42,406 nt of DNA from an uncultured Gammaproteobacteria bacterium (GCA_964511035.1 CAZEDP010000001.1:1-42406), one strand, 5' to 3'; numbered from the stretch's first letter, positions 20,088-31,200 are shown. Numbers and translations are program-made. Notes: generated by a model from the sequence alone, not told the origin.

Positions 20088-23000
20088 TTAAGGATTCAGT
20101 AATCCTTGTATATATTTTTTCATGGATTGTATAAGCGAAGAACACAGCGCTTTATCTTCATTTTTACCTGCTGTTTCAAGCTCTGTTGAATATTCCGTTA
20201 ATTTTTGAATCCTTAAATTTGCGCTTGAGCCTTTCAAAAAATGAGCAACTGAATGAATGGTTTTGAAATCATCGGTTTTTTCTGCATTTTCCAGTTTTTC
20301 AATATTTTCAGGGAGAATTGCCAAATAATCATTTAAGAGATTTTGTGCGTCAATCCTCTGGAAACCATGAGCATCCATAATAATCTGCACCATGTCTTTG
20401 CTATCCTGAAGAGCTTCTTTATTCTGTTCTATGTCGGCAACAGCTTCAATATGTGCAAAACCGGAATATTTCTTTATTAATTCAATAAGTTTTTTAGAAT
20501 CTATCGGTTTAGACAAATAATCATCCATTCCGGAATCCAAGCAGCTTTGAATGTCTACTTCTAAAACATTTGCAGTCAATGCAATAATAGGAATATGTTT
20601 CGGTTTTTTCCCGTCGGATTTTTGTGTTTTTTCATACTCTCTAATGGAACGTGATGCTTCAAATCCGTCCATAATAGGCATTTGACAATCCATAAGTATA
20701 AGATCATATGATTTCTTTTTGTATGCTTCAACTGCAGCCTGTCCATCTCCAGCAATATCGCAATTAAATCCGGCCATATTCAACAGTTTTACCGCGAGTT
20801 TCTGGTTAACTTCGTTGTCTTCGGCAAGAAGAATTTTGATTTTAGTATTATATTTGTATTCTTTAATTGTATGCTTAGTAACAAGAATATCGCTTGCTAT
20901 TTCGTGAATATTATCTTTTGCTTCCAAAGTCAACAGGACACAGTTTAATAAATCTTTTTTCTTCACCGGTTTAGTTAAATAGCCTGAGAATCCGCATTTT
21001 TTGGCAACAGCAGAATCCCCTCTGCGAGCCAGTGAAGTGAGTAAAATTAGAGAAACGTTTCTGGTTAATTCATTGGATTTAATAAGTTTGGCCAGCTCAA
21101 AACCATCTTTGTCCGGCATGTTAAAATCGAGGATTGCAACGCTAAAGCCCTTCTCAACGCTTAGAACTTCCATAGCTTCATCAGCAGAAGTGGCTTCAAA
21201 AACGACACATCCGTTTTCTTCAAGGTAATAGCGTATTATTTTCAAATTTGTCGGATTATCATCAACTATAAGAATTTTTGAACCTTTTAATGATTTTTGA
21301 TATTTAACAGTATTAACATCGGCAGATTTGCCGCATTTCGCAAACTGTGCAGTAAATGAGAATGTAGAACCTTCTCCCAGTTTGCTGGTCAATGATATTT
21401 TTCCGTTCATCATTTCGACAATTTTTTTGGAAATTGTTAATCCAAGCCCGGTACCGCCAAATTTTCTGGTTGCCGATGCATCTGCTTGTGTAAATGCTTC
21501 AAATATTTTTTCTTTTGCGCTGTCAGAAATTCCAATGCCGGTGTCTTTTACGTCAAAATTAACAGTAACCGTATCTTTATCTTCAGAAACCAATTTAACG
21601 GTAATACTAATTTCGCCTGTTTTAGTGAATTTAACCGCATTACTGACAAGATTGTTTAATACCTGCTTTAACCTAATCGGATCACCGCTTACTTTCTGAG
21701 GTACATCGGAATAAATCAAAGCATTGATTTCTATTCCCTTTTGAGTTGCGGCATAAATTGACAAAACAGCAACATCTTCAACCGTAGAAGGAAGGTCAAA
21801 AATTATTTTTTCCATCATCATTTTACCCGCTTCCATTTTAGAAACGTCTAAAATGTCATTTATTATGCTTAATAAGGCTTCCGAAGATTTTTTGGCTTCA
21901 TTAATAAATTCAGTTTGCTCTGCATCAATTTTAGTCTCAGACAACAGTTGCAAGAAACCTATAACACCGTTCATAGGAGTTCGTATTTCGTGACTCATAT
22001 TAGCCAAAAATTCGCTTTTTGACCTGTTTGCTGCTTCAGCTAAATCTCTTGCAGCAATTATAGCTTCTTCGTTTTTCTTTCGTTTTGTAATATCACGCGC
22101 AATTCCTGTTATGCCGGCGAGATTGCCAAATTGGTCATAAATAGGAGTTTTGATAACTTCATACCAAATTTTATGCTCCTTGGCAGGAATCTGCACTTCT
22201 TCATACCAAGGTTTCTTTGATTTCATTACATCCGAATCGTTTTCCCAAAAAATCTTAGCCGGCGAGTCGGTTTTTATTTCTGTTTCGAGTTTCCCCACAA
22301 TTTGTTTTTCTTGCATATTCATACTTTTAAGGAAATTTTGATTAACAGCTATAAATACTCCATTTTCATCTTTCAGCCAAGCTGAATACGGCAAATTATC
22401 AAGTATAGCCTGTAGTTGAGCCTTTCCTTCAAGAAGCTTGTCAATTACGGGACTGGATATAGTTTCTGATACTTTAAATGCGATAAAACAACCAAAAGCC
22501 ATTATTGCCGTTATTACCATAACCATTAAATAAGTCATATTGTTCATCTCGGAAAGTATTTCCGAGACAGGCGCACTTATAAGAAGAATAAAACCGTTAG
22601 GAAGAGTTGTAAACGATACTATTTTCTTTATCCCTTCATCGTTATATTCAACAAAACCGTTTTTCTGAAAGATTAACGGCATTACCAAAAATTTATAAAA
22701 CCCGTCTCTTGTTAGAAGAAGATTATCACCTGTTTTGTATATATCTCCCGCAATAAAATTGTATTTTGCATCTATAATAAATGCGTCTGTGGTCTTGTAA
22801 ATGCGAATATCTTTTAACCTTTTGTTCAACTCATCCAGAGTTATATCCATACCGGCAACGCCTATTAAATTTCCGTTTCTATAAAAAGGTACGGAATATG
22901 TAATCATATCAATTTTAAGACTGGTATCAAAATAAGGTTTACTCCAAACACCCCCCTTATCAATAACAGGTTGAAAATACCACGGATCATCCTGTGAATT

Positions 23001-23456
23001 ATAAATTAAATTAGTAATCTTTCTTTTAAAATTCCCATCTTCCTTAACAAACCAAGCTCCGTCATAATAACCGGCATAATCTAGATTGTAGTAAAAATAT
23101 GCCCCCACACACATATTAGTATTATCACCCAGTTTTTTCGGTATATTCCTGATTTTTGAATATGTTTTTTCAAGATTAGAAAAGCTTTTTAATTTTTTTA
23201 AATCATTTGTACTGTTGATTGAACTCACATCAAGTACAAAACTCCCCAAAAGATTTACGTTTTTCTCAACCTGTTTAAGTTCATTGTAAATTTCCTTGGA
23301 AATATTAGCAGCATTTACAGTGAGCATTTTTTTCGCCATGGTTGAAATGATTCGTTCACTGGAAAAAATGCTGATATACCCGATTATCAAAACCGTAAAA
23401 AAGAGTGTAGCCGATATACTAAGAATTATGCTTAATTTTAAAGAATTTGAATTCAT
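20088..23456 (-). CDS. Hybrid sensor histidine kinase: TM, Cache-like periplasmic domain, TM, PAS, HisKA, HATPase_c, REC, REC, HPt
   Basis: Two hydrophobic segments bracket an extracytoplasmic region of about 270 aa. H-box [15 protein letters not shown]; N-box [10 protein letters not shown]; G-boxes DTGIGI and GGTGLGL. Two receivers ([10 protein letters not shown]...[10 protein letters not shown]; [11 protein letters not shown]...[10 protein letters not shown]). C-terminal HPt ([14 protein letters not shown]). Confidence 0.9.
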   Translation of the reverse strand: MNSNSLKLSIILSISATLFFTVLIIGYISIFSSERIISTMAKKMLTVNAANISKEIYNELKQVEKNVNLLGSFVLDVSSINSTNDLKKLKSFSNLEKTYSKIRNIPKKLGDNTNMCVGAYFYYNLDYAGYYDGAWFVKEDGNFKRKITNLIYNSQDDPWYFQPVIDKGGVWSKPYFDTSLKIDMITYSVPFYRNGNLIGVAGMDITLDELNKRLKDIRIYKTTDAFIIDAKYNFIAGDIYKTGDNLLLTRDGFYKFLVMPLIFQKNGFVEYNDEGIKKIVSFTTLPNGFILLISAPVSEILSEMNNMTYLMVMVITAIMAFGCFIAFKVSETISSPVIDKLLEGKAQLQAILDNLPYSAWLKDENGVFIAVNQNFLKSMNMQEKQIVGKLETEIKTDSPAKIFWENDSDVMKSKKPWYEEVQIPAKEHKIWYEVIKTPIYDQFGNLAGITGIARDITKRKKNEEAIIAARDLAEAANRSKSEFLANMSHEIRTPMNGVIGFLQLLSETKIDAEQTEFINEAKKSSEALLSIINDILDVSKMEAGKMMMEKIIFDLPSTVEDVAVLSIYAATQKGIEINALIYSDVPQKVSGDPIRLKQVLNNLVSNAVKFTKTGEISITVKLVSEDKDTVTVNFDVKDTGIGISDSAKEKIFEAFTQADASATRKFGGTGLGLTISKKIVEMMNGKISLTSKLGEGSTFSFTAQFAKCGKSADVNTVKYQKSLKGSKILIVDDNPTNLKIIRYYLEENGCVVFEATSADEAMEVLSVEKGFSVAILDFNMPDKDGFELAKLIKSNELTRNVSLILLTSLARRGDSAVAKKCGFSGYLTKPVKKKDLLNCVLLTLEAKDNIHEIASDILVTKHTIKEYKYNTKIKILLAEDNEVNQKLAVKLLNMAGFNCDIAGDGQAAVEAYKKKSYDLILMDCQMPIMDGFEASRSIREYEKTQKSDGKKPKHIPIIALTANVLEVDIQSCLDSGMDDYLSKPIDSKKLIELIKKYSGFAHIEAVADIEQNKEALQDSKDMVQIIMDAHGFQRIDAQNLLNDYLAILPENIEKLENAEKTDDFKTIHSVAHFLKGSSANLRIQKLTEYSTELETAGKNEDKALCSSLIQSMKKYIQGLLNP

Positions 23457-23494
23457 CTATTATACGATTCTTTCATTTTAACGGCAGACCAAAC

Positions 23495-23896
23495 TTAGGA
23501 TTCTTCTATGAGACCAAATTCAATCAATTTTGCTACCAGACTGTCTTTATCAATGGGTTTGACCAGATACCCCTCACACTGTTCTCTAAAAGCGTGGCGA
23601 ATATTTTCAGAATCACCTAAAGCTGTTGTCATTATTATTTTTACACTGTCACTGCCGTAAATATTAAATTCTTCTTCAATTTCCCTGATGGTTTTAAGAA
23701 CGTCATGTCCATTACACTCCGGCATCATAATATCTAGAGTTATTACATCATATGGAGAATTGTCTTCAATAGAAGCCTTAAATGCTTCAATAGCCTCCTG
23801 CCCGTTTACTGCAATATGACACTCGCCATACTTAGACAAATATGCCTGCAAAATCCTTCTGCAAGTGAAATCATCGTCAACAATTAAACTTCTCAT
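23495..23896 (-). CDS. CheY-like single-domain response regulator
   Basis: MRSLIVDDD...VITLDIMMPECNGHDV...TTALGD...YLVKP. Confidence 0.9.
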   Translation of the reverse strand: MRSLIVDDDFTCRRILQAYLSKYGECHIAVNGQEAIEAFKASIEDNSPYDVITLDIMMPECNGHDVLKTIREIEEEFNIYGSDSVKIIMTTALGDSENIRHAFREQCEGYLVKPIDKDSLVAKLIEFGLIEES

Positions 23897-23974
23897 CTTG
23901 TGTATCTCCTGTTCAGCTTATTATTACTTCAATATTATACTTATTCAAATATATCGTCCTTACAATTGTGTTAA

Positions 23975-26560
23975 TCAGGTGTTAAATAAGTTTTCAACAT
24001 CCAAGACCAGACAGGGCTCATCATCTTCCAAAATTGAAATTCCCGCAACAAAATCCAACTTTATAAAATCTTCTTCCTGAGGTTTTACAAGCACTTTTTT
24101 GTTTTCAATAATCTTTTTAGCAGGTAGAGCCTTAATCTCACCGTTAAATTCCAATAAAATAACTATTTCATTTTCTGATTCATAATTTTCTGTTCCCAAA
24201 AAATCAGAAATGTAAACGGTAGGGATTATTTCATCATTTAAAACAAATTGCGGATATCTGTTTAGTTCTTTGCTCCAATTGTCGTCAGTCGGATTTAAAA
24301 CCTGTTTAATATTTACTAAAGGGATTATATAAATAGTACCCTGAATGTCAGTGACAGCACCGTTGATGACTGCATTATCCGTGGGTATTATCATGGTAAA
24401 TGTTGATCCTTCATTAAGCTTTGACTTAATACTTATCTCTCCGTTCATTTTTTGTATTTCAGTTTTGACTACATCCATCCCAACCCCTCTGCCTGAAACA
24501 CTGTCAACCGACTCAGCTGTGGTAAAACCGGGGTTAAAAATAAACTCAATAATTTCATTTTCACTATAATTTCTATCGGTAGTAACCAAATTCTTCTGAA
24601 CTGCTTTTTTGTAAATTTTATCTGTATCCAGCCCCTTTCCGTCATCAACAACATTAATAATAATCTTCCCGTTTTTGCTGTATGCAGAAACTTTGATATT
24701 TCCTGTCGGTGATTTTCCAAGGTTTTTGCGAACCTCAGAATTTTCGATTCCGTGCGCTACAGCATTTCTGACAATATGAATCAACGGATCCAAAATTTTA
24801 TCGGCAACCTGCCTGTCTATTTCAATATCCTCACCGGACAGCGAGAAATTAATCTCCTTTTTAAGTTCAAACATTGTATCTTCAGCAATACGTTTGATTT
24901 TCTGGAAAGCAGACTCAAGCGAAACTGTTTTTATGGTTATGGCTATATCTTTCAGAATCTTTAATTTCCTCGTCAGAGCCTTTATATTATTATAAAGAAC
25001 GCCCGACGAACTGCATTGAAATGCTTCTTTATCAATACATGCTTGAATTTTAATAATCTCGTCGATATTTTCAGAGAGTTTTTCAATTTTATTTTTTGGA
25101 ATCCTAACCGCATCAAATGAATAACGTTCTTTAGAATTTTCATTAACATTAATAGAGTCTGACTCTTCTTTGAAATTCAAATTTTCTTTCATTAATTTAT
25201 TATAGTTATCTCTTTGAACTTCAAGTTTTTTTTCTGTTTCATTATTATTGGGTTGCATCTCATCAGCCGATGCTTGAATATCTTCCAATAGTTTAAGATG
25301 TTCATTAATCATATTAAGGAAAGATTGGTTCCTGTTTAAAGAAATATCACTGCATATTTGCCGTATGCAATCAGTTGAACTTAAAATAACGTCTATCAAA
25401 GTATTATTAATTTTAATAGCACCTTTCATACAGCCATCAAGGACAGTTTCGGTTTTATGTGCTATTTCCTGAATTAAATTTTGATTAACGAAACCTGCTA
25501 AACCTTTAATTGTATGGAAAGCCCTGAAAATGGCATTTATTACTTTGAGATTGGTTGCATCCCTTTCAATATGCTGAACGTTTGCTTCTATTGCCTCAAT
25601 ATGCTCTTTTGTTTCCGAAATAAAATCCTGCCAAAACTCATTATCAATGGTAAATTCCTTTTTGAAATTCGAAACTTTCATACTCTCAAGATGATTAAGT
25701 ATTTTGTTTAAGAAACTTTCATCTTTAATCAGGCTAAAATCATCACATATACCTCTTATAAAAGATACTGAGTTATAGATGAGCGCAATAATTTTATCGT
25801 TTATTGCAATTTCATCTCGCCGGCATGCTTCTAAAAGAACTTCCAGCTCGTAAGAAATTCTTTTTATCAGCATCTGCCCAGAATAACCGGCAATTCCGTT
25901 TATAGTATGGACTGCCCTATATACGCTGTTCAATATCTTTTTATCAGGATTTTTGCTCAGCTGTTCAGTTTTTTGCTCAATAACCTTTAAATCTTCTTCA
26001 ATTTCAGGCTTAAATTCCAGCAACAATTCACAGTTAATTTTATACGTTAAATATTCTTTATCTTTAACTATTACCTCGTCTTCACAGCCGTCCTGATAAA
26101 TAACATCGTCAATTTCCTTAAGATGATTAAAGATTCCGTTAGTAAATTCATCATTTGCATTCAAAGAAATATCGTTACAGATTTTTCTTATTAGCCTCGT
26201 AGAAGTTTTGATTAAAGAAATTGTTTCTTTATCAGTTGGAACAACAGATTCATTGCAGGATACCATTAAAGTTTCAGTCTGATGAGCAATTTTTTGAATG
26301 GTATATTGACCGACCAAACTGGAAGAACCTTTTATATTGTGATAATAACGAAACATTTCATTAAAAATATCAAGTATAGCTTGTTCATTACCTATATTAT
26401 CTTCCAGTAATTTTATATTCTCATCAATTAAATCCAGATTTTCCAATGCCTTAGAAACAAATTCAGGTAAAAACTCCTCAAAATCAGGAGTTTTGCAGTT
26501 TGCAAAATCCGCTTCCTCCAGAATTTTCTTAAGCAATTCATCTACATTAATATTATCCAA
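23975..26560 (-). CDS. cheA: CheA-type histidine kinase with three N-terminal HPt (P1) domains and a C-terminal CheW-like domain
   Basis: Three HPt motifs (FRYYHNIKGSSSLVG; YRAVHTINGIAGYSG; FRAFHTIKGLAGFVN). CheA catalytic core DPLIHIVRNAVAHGIE...DDGKGLD...PGFTTAESVDSVSGRGVGMDVVKTEIQKMNGEISIKSKLNEGSTFTMIIP. A CheW-like tail follows. Confidence 0.9.
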   Translation of the reverse strand: MDNINVDELLKKILEEADFANCKTPDFEEFLPEFVSKALENLDLIDENIKLLEDNIGNEQAILDIFNEMFRYYHNIKGSSSLVGQYTIQKIAHQTETLMVSCNESVVPTDKETISLIKTSTRLIRKICNDISLNANDEFTNGIFNHLKEIDDVIYQDGCEDEVIVKDKEYLTYKINCELLLEFKPEIEEDLKVIEQKTEQLSKNPDKKILNSVYRAVHTINGIAGYSGQMLIKRISYELEVLLEACRRDEIAINDKIIALIYNSVSFIRGICDDFSLIKDESFLNKILNHLESMKVSNFKKEFTIDNEFWQDFISETKEHIEAIEANVQHIERDATNLKVINAIFRAFHTIKGLAGFVNQNLIQEIAHKTETVLDGCMKGAIKINNTLIDVILSSTDCIRQICSDISLNRNQSFLNMINEHLKLLEDIQASADEMQPNNNETEKKLEVQRDNYNKLMKENLNFKEESDSINVNENSKERYSFDAVRIPKNKIEKLSENIDEIIKIQACIDKEAFQCSSSGVLYNNIKALTRKLKILKDIAITIKTVSLESAFQKIKRIAEDTMFELKKEINFSLSGEDIEIDRQVADKILDPLIHIVRNAVAHGIENSEVRKNLGKSPTGNIKVSAYSKNGKIIINVVDDGKGLDTDKIYKKAVQKNLVTTDRNYSENEIIEFIFNPGFTTAESVDSVSGRGVGMDVVKTEIQKMNGEISIKSKLNEGSTFTMIIPTDNAVINGAVTDIQGTIYIIPLVNIKQVLNPTDDNWSKELNRYPQFVLNDEIIPTVYISDFLGTENYESENEIVILLEFNGEIKALPAKKIIENKKVLVKPQEEDFIKLDFVAGISILEDDEPCLVLDVENLFNT

Positions 26561-26584
26561 AGTGATATTCTCCCAAGATTATGT

Positions 26585-26953
26585 TTACTTTAAAATGTTG
26601 CGTACTTTAATGACCAGATCCTGTGATGTAAAGGGTTTTAACAGATAATGTCTTACTCCTGCTTCAATAGCTTTTCTGATATATTCTTCCTGTCCGATTG
26701 CAGTAATCATAAGAAGTTTTTGATTGGGGTTATGTTTAAAAATTTGTTTGGCGGTTTCTATACCGTCAATCCCCGGCATTGTTATATCACAGGTAATAAG
26801 GTTGTAGTTCATCTTTGACGCCATCTCCAAACCTATTATTCCGCTGGGAGCATAATCAACATGCTTTATGTCCAAGATGGATAACGTTTTTTTTATTACT
26901 GAAAACAAAATTTCCTGATCATCAATAACTAAAACCCTGAATTTTTCAAACAT
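26585..26953 (-). CDS. CheY-like single-domain response regulator
   Basis: FRVLVIDDQ...LITCDITMPGIDGIE...ITA....YLLKPF. Confidence 0.9.
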   Translation of the reverse strand: MFEKFRVLVIDDQEILFSVIKKTLSILDIKHVDYAPSGIIGLEMASKMNYNLITCDITMPGIDGIETAKQIFKHNPNQKLLMITAIGQEEYIRKAIEAGVRHYLLKPFTSQDLVIKVRNILK

Positions 26954-27214
26954 AACCGGTACCTATGAACTGTCTTTCTCTTTGATTTTTATTAGTCAAA
27001 ATGCTAATGATTTCTAAAATTACATAATTTCATCAATTATATCATTATTTCATATACATTTAATACATGGAATATATGCTATTTATAAACAGATTCAACG
27101 AATACTTTTAAACCTTGAACATAAGCCTGCTAATTGTTTAGGGTTATAAAGTCCAATAATAAAAACCTACAGGCTTTATAAAGAAATGTAACATATCAGT
27201 ATATATTTTAAAAC

Positions 27215-28945
27215 TTAAATAATTAATGATTTACCTGTCATTTCGACAGGCTGCTCCAAATCCATTAGCTCAAGAACAGTTGGTGCAACATCAGCCAGAC
27301 ATCCGTTTTTTCTAAGTTCAATATTCCTGTCTGATTCGCCCGCATTATCGATAAGTACAAACGGTACAGGGTTGGTCGTATGTGCAGTGTGCGGTTTTCC
27401 CTTTTCGTCTTTCATTTTTTCGGCATTACCGTGGTCTGCAGTAATAATCATCGTTGTTTGAGTTTCTTCGGCAGCATCGGCAATTTCTTTAATACACTTA
27501 TCAACTGTTTTCAACGCATTTTCCGTTGCTTCATAGCTGCCTGTATGCCCGACCATATCAGGATTGGCAAAATTTACAAGAATAAAGTCTTTATCCTTTT
27601 GGTTTCTCAAAGCATCTATTACGTTATCTTTTACTTCAACCGCACTCATTTCAGGTTGCAAGTCATATGTAGCAACTTTTGGGGACGGAACAACTTGTCT
27701 TTCTTCATTTGGAAACTGCAGCTCTTTACCGCCGTTGAAGAAAAATGTGATATGAGGATTTTTTTCACTTTCAGCAGTTCGGAATTGTTTTATTCCTTTT
27801 TTAGAGATAACCTCTCCCAATGTATTTACCACGTCTTCTTTCGGGAAAGCAATTGGGAGATTAAAACTGTTATCATATTTAGTCATACATACATAAGACA
27901 GACCGCTGACTTTTGTGGGAAATTCGTTAAACTTTTCGTCAGTAAGAGCTCTTGTCAGCTCCCTTGCTCTATCCGACCTGAAATTAAAGAAAATAACAGA
28001 ATCATTGCTCTTAACTCTTGATTTTTTAACTATTTCGTCATTTCCAATTGCCGTAGGCAATACAAATTCATCGCCTTTAGCGGCATTTGTGTAAAAATTA
28101 GTGATTGCCTGCTCGGCAGTTTCAGCTGTATCGTCTGTTACTTCTGTCAGATTTTTATATGCTTTTTCAACTCTATCCCATCTGTTATCTCTGTCCATAG
28201 CGTAATATCTACCCATCACTGAAGAAACCTCTCCGTAACCGCATTCTTTAAGGACTTCATTAATTTCATTAACATAACCCACAGCACTCCTCGGGGGAGT
28301 ATCTCTGCCGTCAAGGAAGGCATGGACGTATACGTTCTTTATGCCTTCTTTTTTCGCCATCCTAATCAGAGCTTTTAAGTGGTTGTTATGACTGTGCACT
28401 CCACCGTTACTAACAAGCCCCATTAAGTGCAGAGACCTTGTCTGAATACCGTTTTCATCAGTAATCTTAGCATTATTCATTGCTTGAAGGAGCACTTGAT
28501 TTTCATAAATAGCACCGCTTTCTATAGCTTTATCAATAATTGTTATATCTTGATCAACAATTCTTCCAGCGCCCAAATTAAGATGCCCGACTTCAGAGTT
28601 CCCCATTTGTCCTTTAGGTAGTCCTACTTCCCAACCTGAAGCGTGAAGCTCCTTGTAAGGATTAGACTTCATCAAATTCATAATATTCGGAACGTTAGCC
28701 CGAGTTATCGGATTACGTTTTTCATCCGGTGATCTGTCAGGCTTATCGATTCCAAAACCGTCAAGAATTGCCAGAAGAACTCTTCCTGCAAAGCTTATAT
28801 TGAATTGCACAGTATTAACCCGCTTTTGATTATGAACTATCAATCTGTCATTTTGAGCAGCTTCATTTTGCTGTCTGAAAGCATTGGCTCCCGACAGATT
28901 GGAATACTTCGGAATAAATAAATTACAGTTAAAATTGACTTGCAT
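27215..28945 (-). CDS. gpmI: 2,3-bisphosphoglycerate-independent phosphoglycerate mutase with an N-terminal extension of about 55 aa
   Basis: LLAILDGFG, GNSEVGHLNLGAGR, GLVSNGGVHSH, HAFLDGRDTPP, NFANPDMVGHTG, ITADHGNAE. Strong RBS gaggagaatatcATG at the longest-ORF start. Confidence 0.92.
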   Translation of the reverse strand: MQVNFNCNLFIPKYSNLSGANAFRQQNEAAQNDRLIVHNQKRVNTVQFNISFAGRVLLAILDGFGIDKPDRSPDEKRNPITRANVPNIMNLMKSNPYKELHASGWEVGLPKGQMGNSEVGHLNLGAGRIVDQDITIIDKAIESGAIYENQVLLQAMNNAKITDENGIQTRSLHLMGLVSNGGVHSHNNHLKALIRMAKKEGIKNVYVHAFLDGRDTPPRSAVGYVNEINEVLKECGYGEVSSVMGRYYAMDRDNRWDRVEKAYKNLTEVTDDTAETAEQAITNFYTNAAKGDEFVLPTAIGNDEIVKKSRVKSNDSVIFFNFRSDRARELTRALTDEKFNEFPTKVSGLSYVCMTKYDNSFNLPIAFPKEDVVNTLGEVISKKGIKQFRTAESEKNPHITFFFNGGKELQFPNEERQVVPSPKVATYDLQPEMSAVEVKDNVIDALRNQKDKDFILVNFANPDMVGHTGSYEATENALKTVDKCIKEIADAAEETQTTMIITADHGNAEKMKDEKGKPHTAHTTNPVPFVLIDNAGESDRNIELRKNGCLADVAPTVLELMDLEQPVEMTGKSLII

Positions 28946-29430
28946 GATATTCTCCTCAAATAATTTCTTGATTGCTTAAACAAAAAACAAAAAATAGTTT
29001 GCGCGTTTACGGAGAATTATTTTTTTATAATTAACTAACTTTCAATAATAAGTGAAAAAAAATTATCTTAATATTACTTATGAAAATACTGTAAAGCACT
29101 GCAAATGTTAAACCTGTAAAACATTTTTTTATATTTTATCTTTAATTTTGCCCCATTGATTTTGCAGAATATCCACAATTTTTATTTACGGTTATCTTAT
29201 AATTTAACATAAAGTATATATATAAATTACCATTGATTTTGGTTTAACGAATTGCCGTTTTGTAAAATTTTTTTTTGTAACTACGACATCTGTAAGATAG
29301 CGGCAACAAGGCATTAATTTGATATCTATGAAGTAATCAAATGTAAACAAATTAACTTATCGGGTTGCCTATGGCAATATCGTTGTATTAGCATTTATTA
29401 TGTCAATCAAATTATGTATAAGGGAAAGTA

Positions 29431-30291
29431 ATGATATATGATGAGTTGATAGCTAATAAAAATACTTTAAAATTTAGTGTTTTAATTCCAATTTATTTTA
29501 AAGAAAAACCTGAATATTTTGAACAAGCTATAAATAGTATTTTAAATCAAAGCCTAAAACCTGATGAAATTTTAATATGTAAAGATGGGCCTTTAACAAA
29601 TGAACTTAACAAGTTAATTACAAGTTTTGTTAATAAATACCCAAGATTGTTTAAAATAATCGAACTTGATAAGAATAGAGGTGCAGGAGCCGCAAGGAAG
29701 CTTTCAGTAGAGAAAACATCTCATGATATTATTGCAATTATGGATTCAGATGATATTGCAAAGCCTGAAAGATTTGAAAAGCAAATAAAATTTTTACAAG
29801 AAAATCCTGATATTGATGCCGTTGGTTCATATGTTTCAGAATTTGAACATTGTCCCCAAAAACCATATTCAATAAGAAAAGTTCCGCTGACTCATAATGA
29901 TATAGTCAAATACTCGAAATGGCGATGCCCTATGAACCAACAGACAGTAATAACAAAAAAAGAAAATATATTAAAGGCAGGAAATTATTCCGATGAATAT
30001 ATGCTTATGGAAGATTATCATTTGTGGGTAAGAATGATACTATCAGGTGCCAAGTTTGCGAATATTCCCGAATGCCTTGTCGATATGAGAGCGGGACCTA
30101 CCATGATTAAAAGAAGGGGGCTTAGAGTTTTTAAGTATGAAATGAAATTTTTTCAGGAATTATATTTATTAAATTTTATTTCCAAAATTGAACTTTGCAG
30201 GAATTTGTTCTGTAAATTTTGGCTAAGAATATTGCCTCCAAATTTTAGAATTCTTGCCTATGATTTGTTTTTACGTAAAAGGATAAAATAA
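29431..30291 (+). CDS. Family 2 glycosyltransferase
   Basis: FSVLIPIYFKEKPEYFEQAINSILNQS...ILICKDG...MDSDDIA...EDYHLW is a GT-A fold with the D.D motif. Confidence 0.85.
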   Translation: MIYDELIANKNTLKFSVLIPIYFKEKPEYFEQAINSILNQSLKPDEILICKDGPLTNELNKLITSFVNKYPRLFKIIELDKNRGAGAARKLSVEKTSHDIIAIMDSDDIAKPERFEKQIKFLQENPDIDAVGSYVSEFEHCPQKPYSIRKVPLTHNDIVKYSKWRCPMNQQTVITKKENILKAGNYSDEYMLMEDYHLWVRMILSGAKFANIPECLVDMRAGPTMIKRRGLRVFKYEMKFFQELYLLNFISKIELCRNLFCKFWLRILPPNFRILAYDLFLRKRIK

Positions 30292-30321
30292 TTATAAAAA
30301 AGTAGATTATTTGTTTAAAAT

Positions 30322-31200
30322 CTATCTTTTTATCCAACTATCAGGAATAACATCGATTGTGTTTCGTTTCAATTTAAATGAATTTTTAAACCAAATTTCA
30401 GGGGCAATAATTATTTTGTTAGGATTTTCATTAAGCCAAGCACCCCACCAAGCATATGTCGAATTTGATATAATAGCATGCTTACAATGCTTTATGAGAC
30501 AAATACCTGCAGCGTATCCGTTTTTCATATCATAACTGTTGCATATAGTAAGCGGGTATTTTATTTTAATATTGTCAAAACACCAATCACTATTATCTGT
30601 AAACAAGTAAAAATGGGGATTTTCAATTTTCTCTGCAATTTCGTTTATACTTCTTAAATAATAGTCTCTTTCAAGAGCCCAACCTAACTTTACATAATCA
30701 GCTCCTCTTCTTACTGAAACTGCAACTGAATTTTCCGACATAATATTTTGTAGAATTTGGTTGTTTTTTGCTTCCATTTCATATTTTAAACTGAAATCAT
30801 ACAATAATTCTTTTCTGTAATTTAGAAAATATTTCTCGTTTACAAAATAACCATCATAATAAACATTATCTCTATCAATATTTTGTAGGTCAGGCTGATA
30901 TTGATTTCTGACTTTTTCATATGTTCTGTTTGTAGGGAATAATTTAATACCGCTAATTTTATAAATATTTGTATATAATTCAGCTAATTTGTTCTCGCTA
31001 AGGCATTTTTTTATTTCTTCGTTAGTAGCAAATTTCAAATCTGCATTAAATGAACCTAATGCGTATTTGACCCAGTGTCTTTCCTCCTTCTTTCTTGCAA
31101 AATAGGATAAATCAAATAAGACCTGATCTCCTAATGCTTTTGAAAAAGCATATTGAAACATTTGATTACCCAGTCCGCCCATTAATTTTATTATTATCAA
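30322..31200 (-). CDS. Family 11 glycosyltransferase (alpha-1,2-fucosyltransferase-like)
   Basis: MIIIKLMGGLGNQMFQYAF (GT11 motif I), VAVSVRRGADYV (HVRRGDY-like), and ISNSTYAWWGAWLN. Confidence 0.85.
   Translation of the reverse strand: MIIIKLMGGLGNQMFQYAFSKALGDQVLFDLSYFARKKEERHWVKYALGSFNADLKFATNEEIKKCLSENKLAELYTNIYKISGIKLFPTNRTYEKVRNQYQPDLQNIDRDNVYYDGYFVNEKYFLNYRKELLYDFSLKYEMEAKNNQILQNIMSENSVAVSVRRGADYVKLGWALERDYYLRSINEIAEKIENPHFYLFTDNSDWCFDNIKIKYPLTICNSYDMKNGYAAGICLIKHCKHAIISNSTYAWWGAWLNENPNKIIIAPEIWFKNSFKLKRNTIDVIPDSWIKR

Noticed and set aside
21328-21699. 123-aa plus-strand ORF and several 60-75-aa ORFs between 20719 and 23481.
   Set aside because: All are antisense to the 1122-aa hybrid kinase, whose domain order is intact end to end.
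27380-28021. 213-aa plus-strand ORF.
   Set aside because: It lies entirely antisense to gpmI, whose protein matches the conserved family throughout. The antisense product is low-complexity (F/I/C-rich) with no motif.
29103-29131. Weak A/T-only hairpin plus T-run (aaatgtt-aaacctgtaa-aacattttttt) that might terminate a small RNA.
   Set aside because: The stem is almost entirely A-U, and there is no upstream plus-strand gene or promoter evidence. Such hairpins are expected by chance in this composition.
29365-29377. Palindrome TTGCC-TAT-GGCAA and nearby repeated CCATTGATTTTG (29154-29166, 29230-29243) in the 485-bp region upstream of the glycan locus. These are possible operator sites or a JUMPstart/ops-like element.
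   Set aside because: They are too short and AT-biased to distinguish from chance. No match to the ops core GGCGGTAG was seen. I kept this as a note only.
30311-30535. 74-aa plus-strand ORF downstream of the GT2 gene.
   Set aside because: It overlaps the 3' end of the GT11 gene on the opposite strand, whose conserved C-terminal motif (SNSTYAWWGAWLN) is encoded there.
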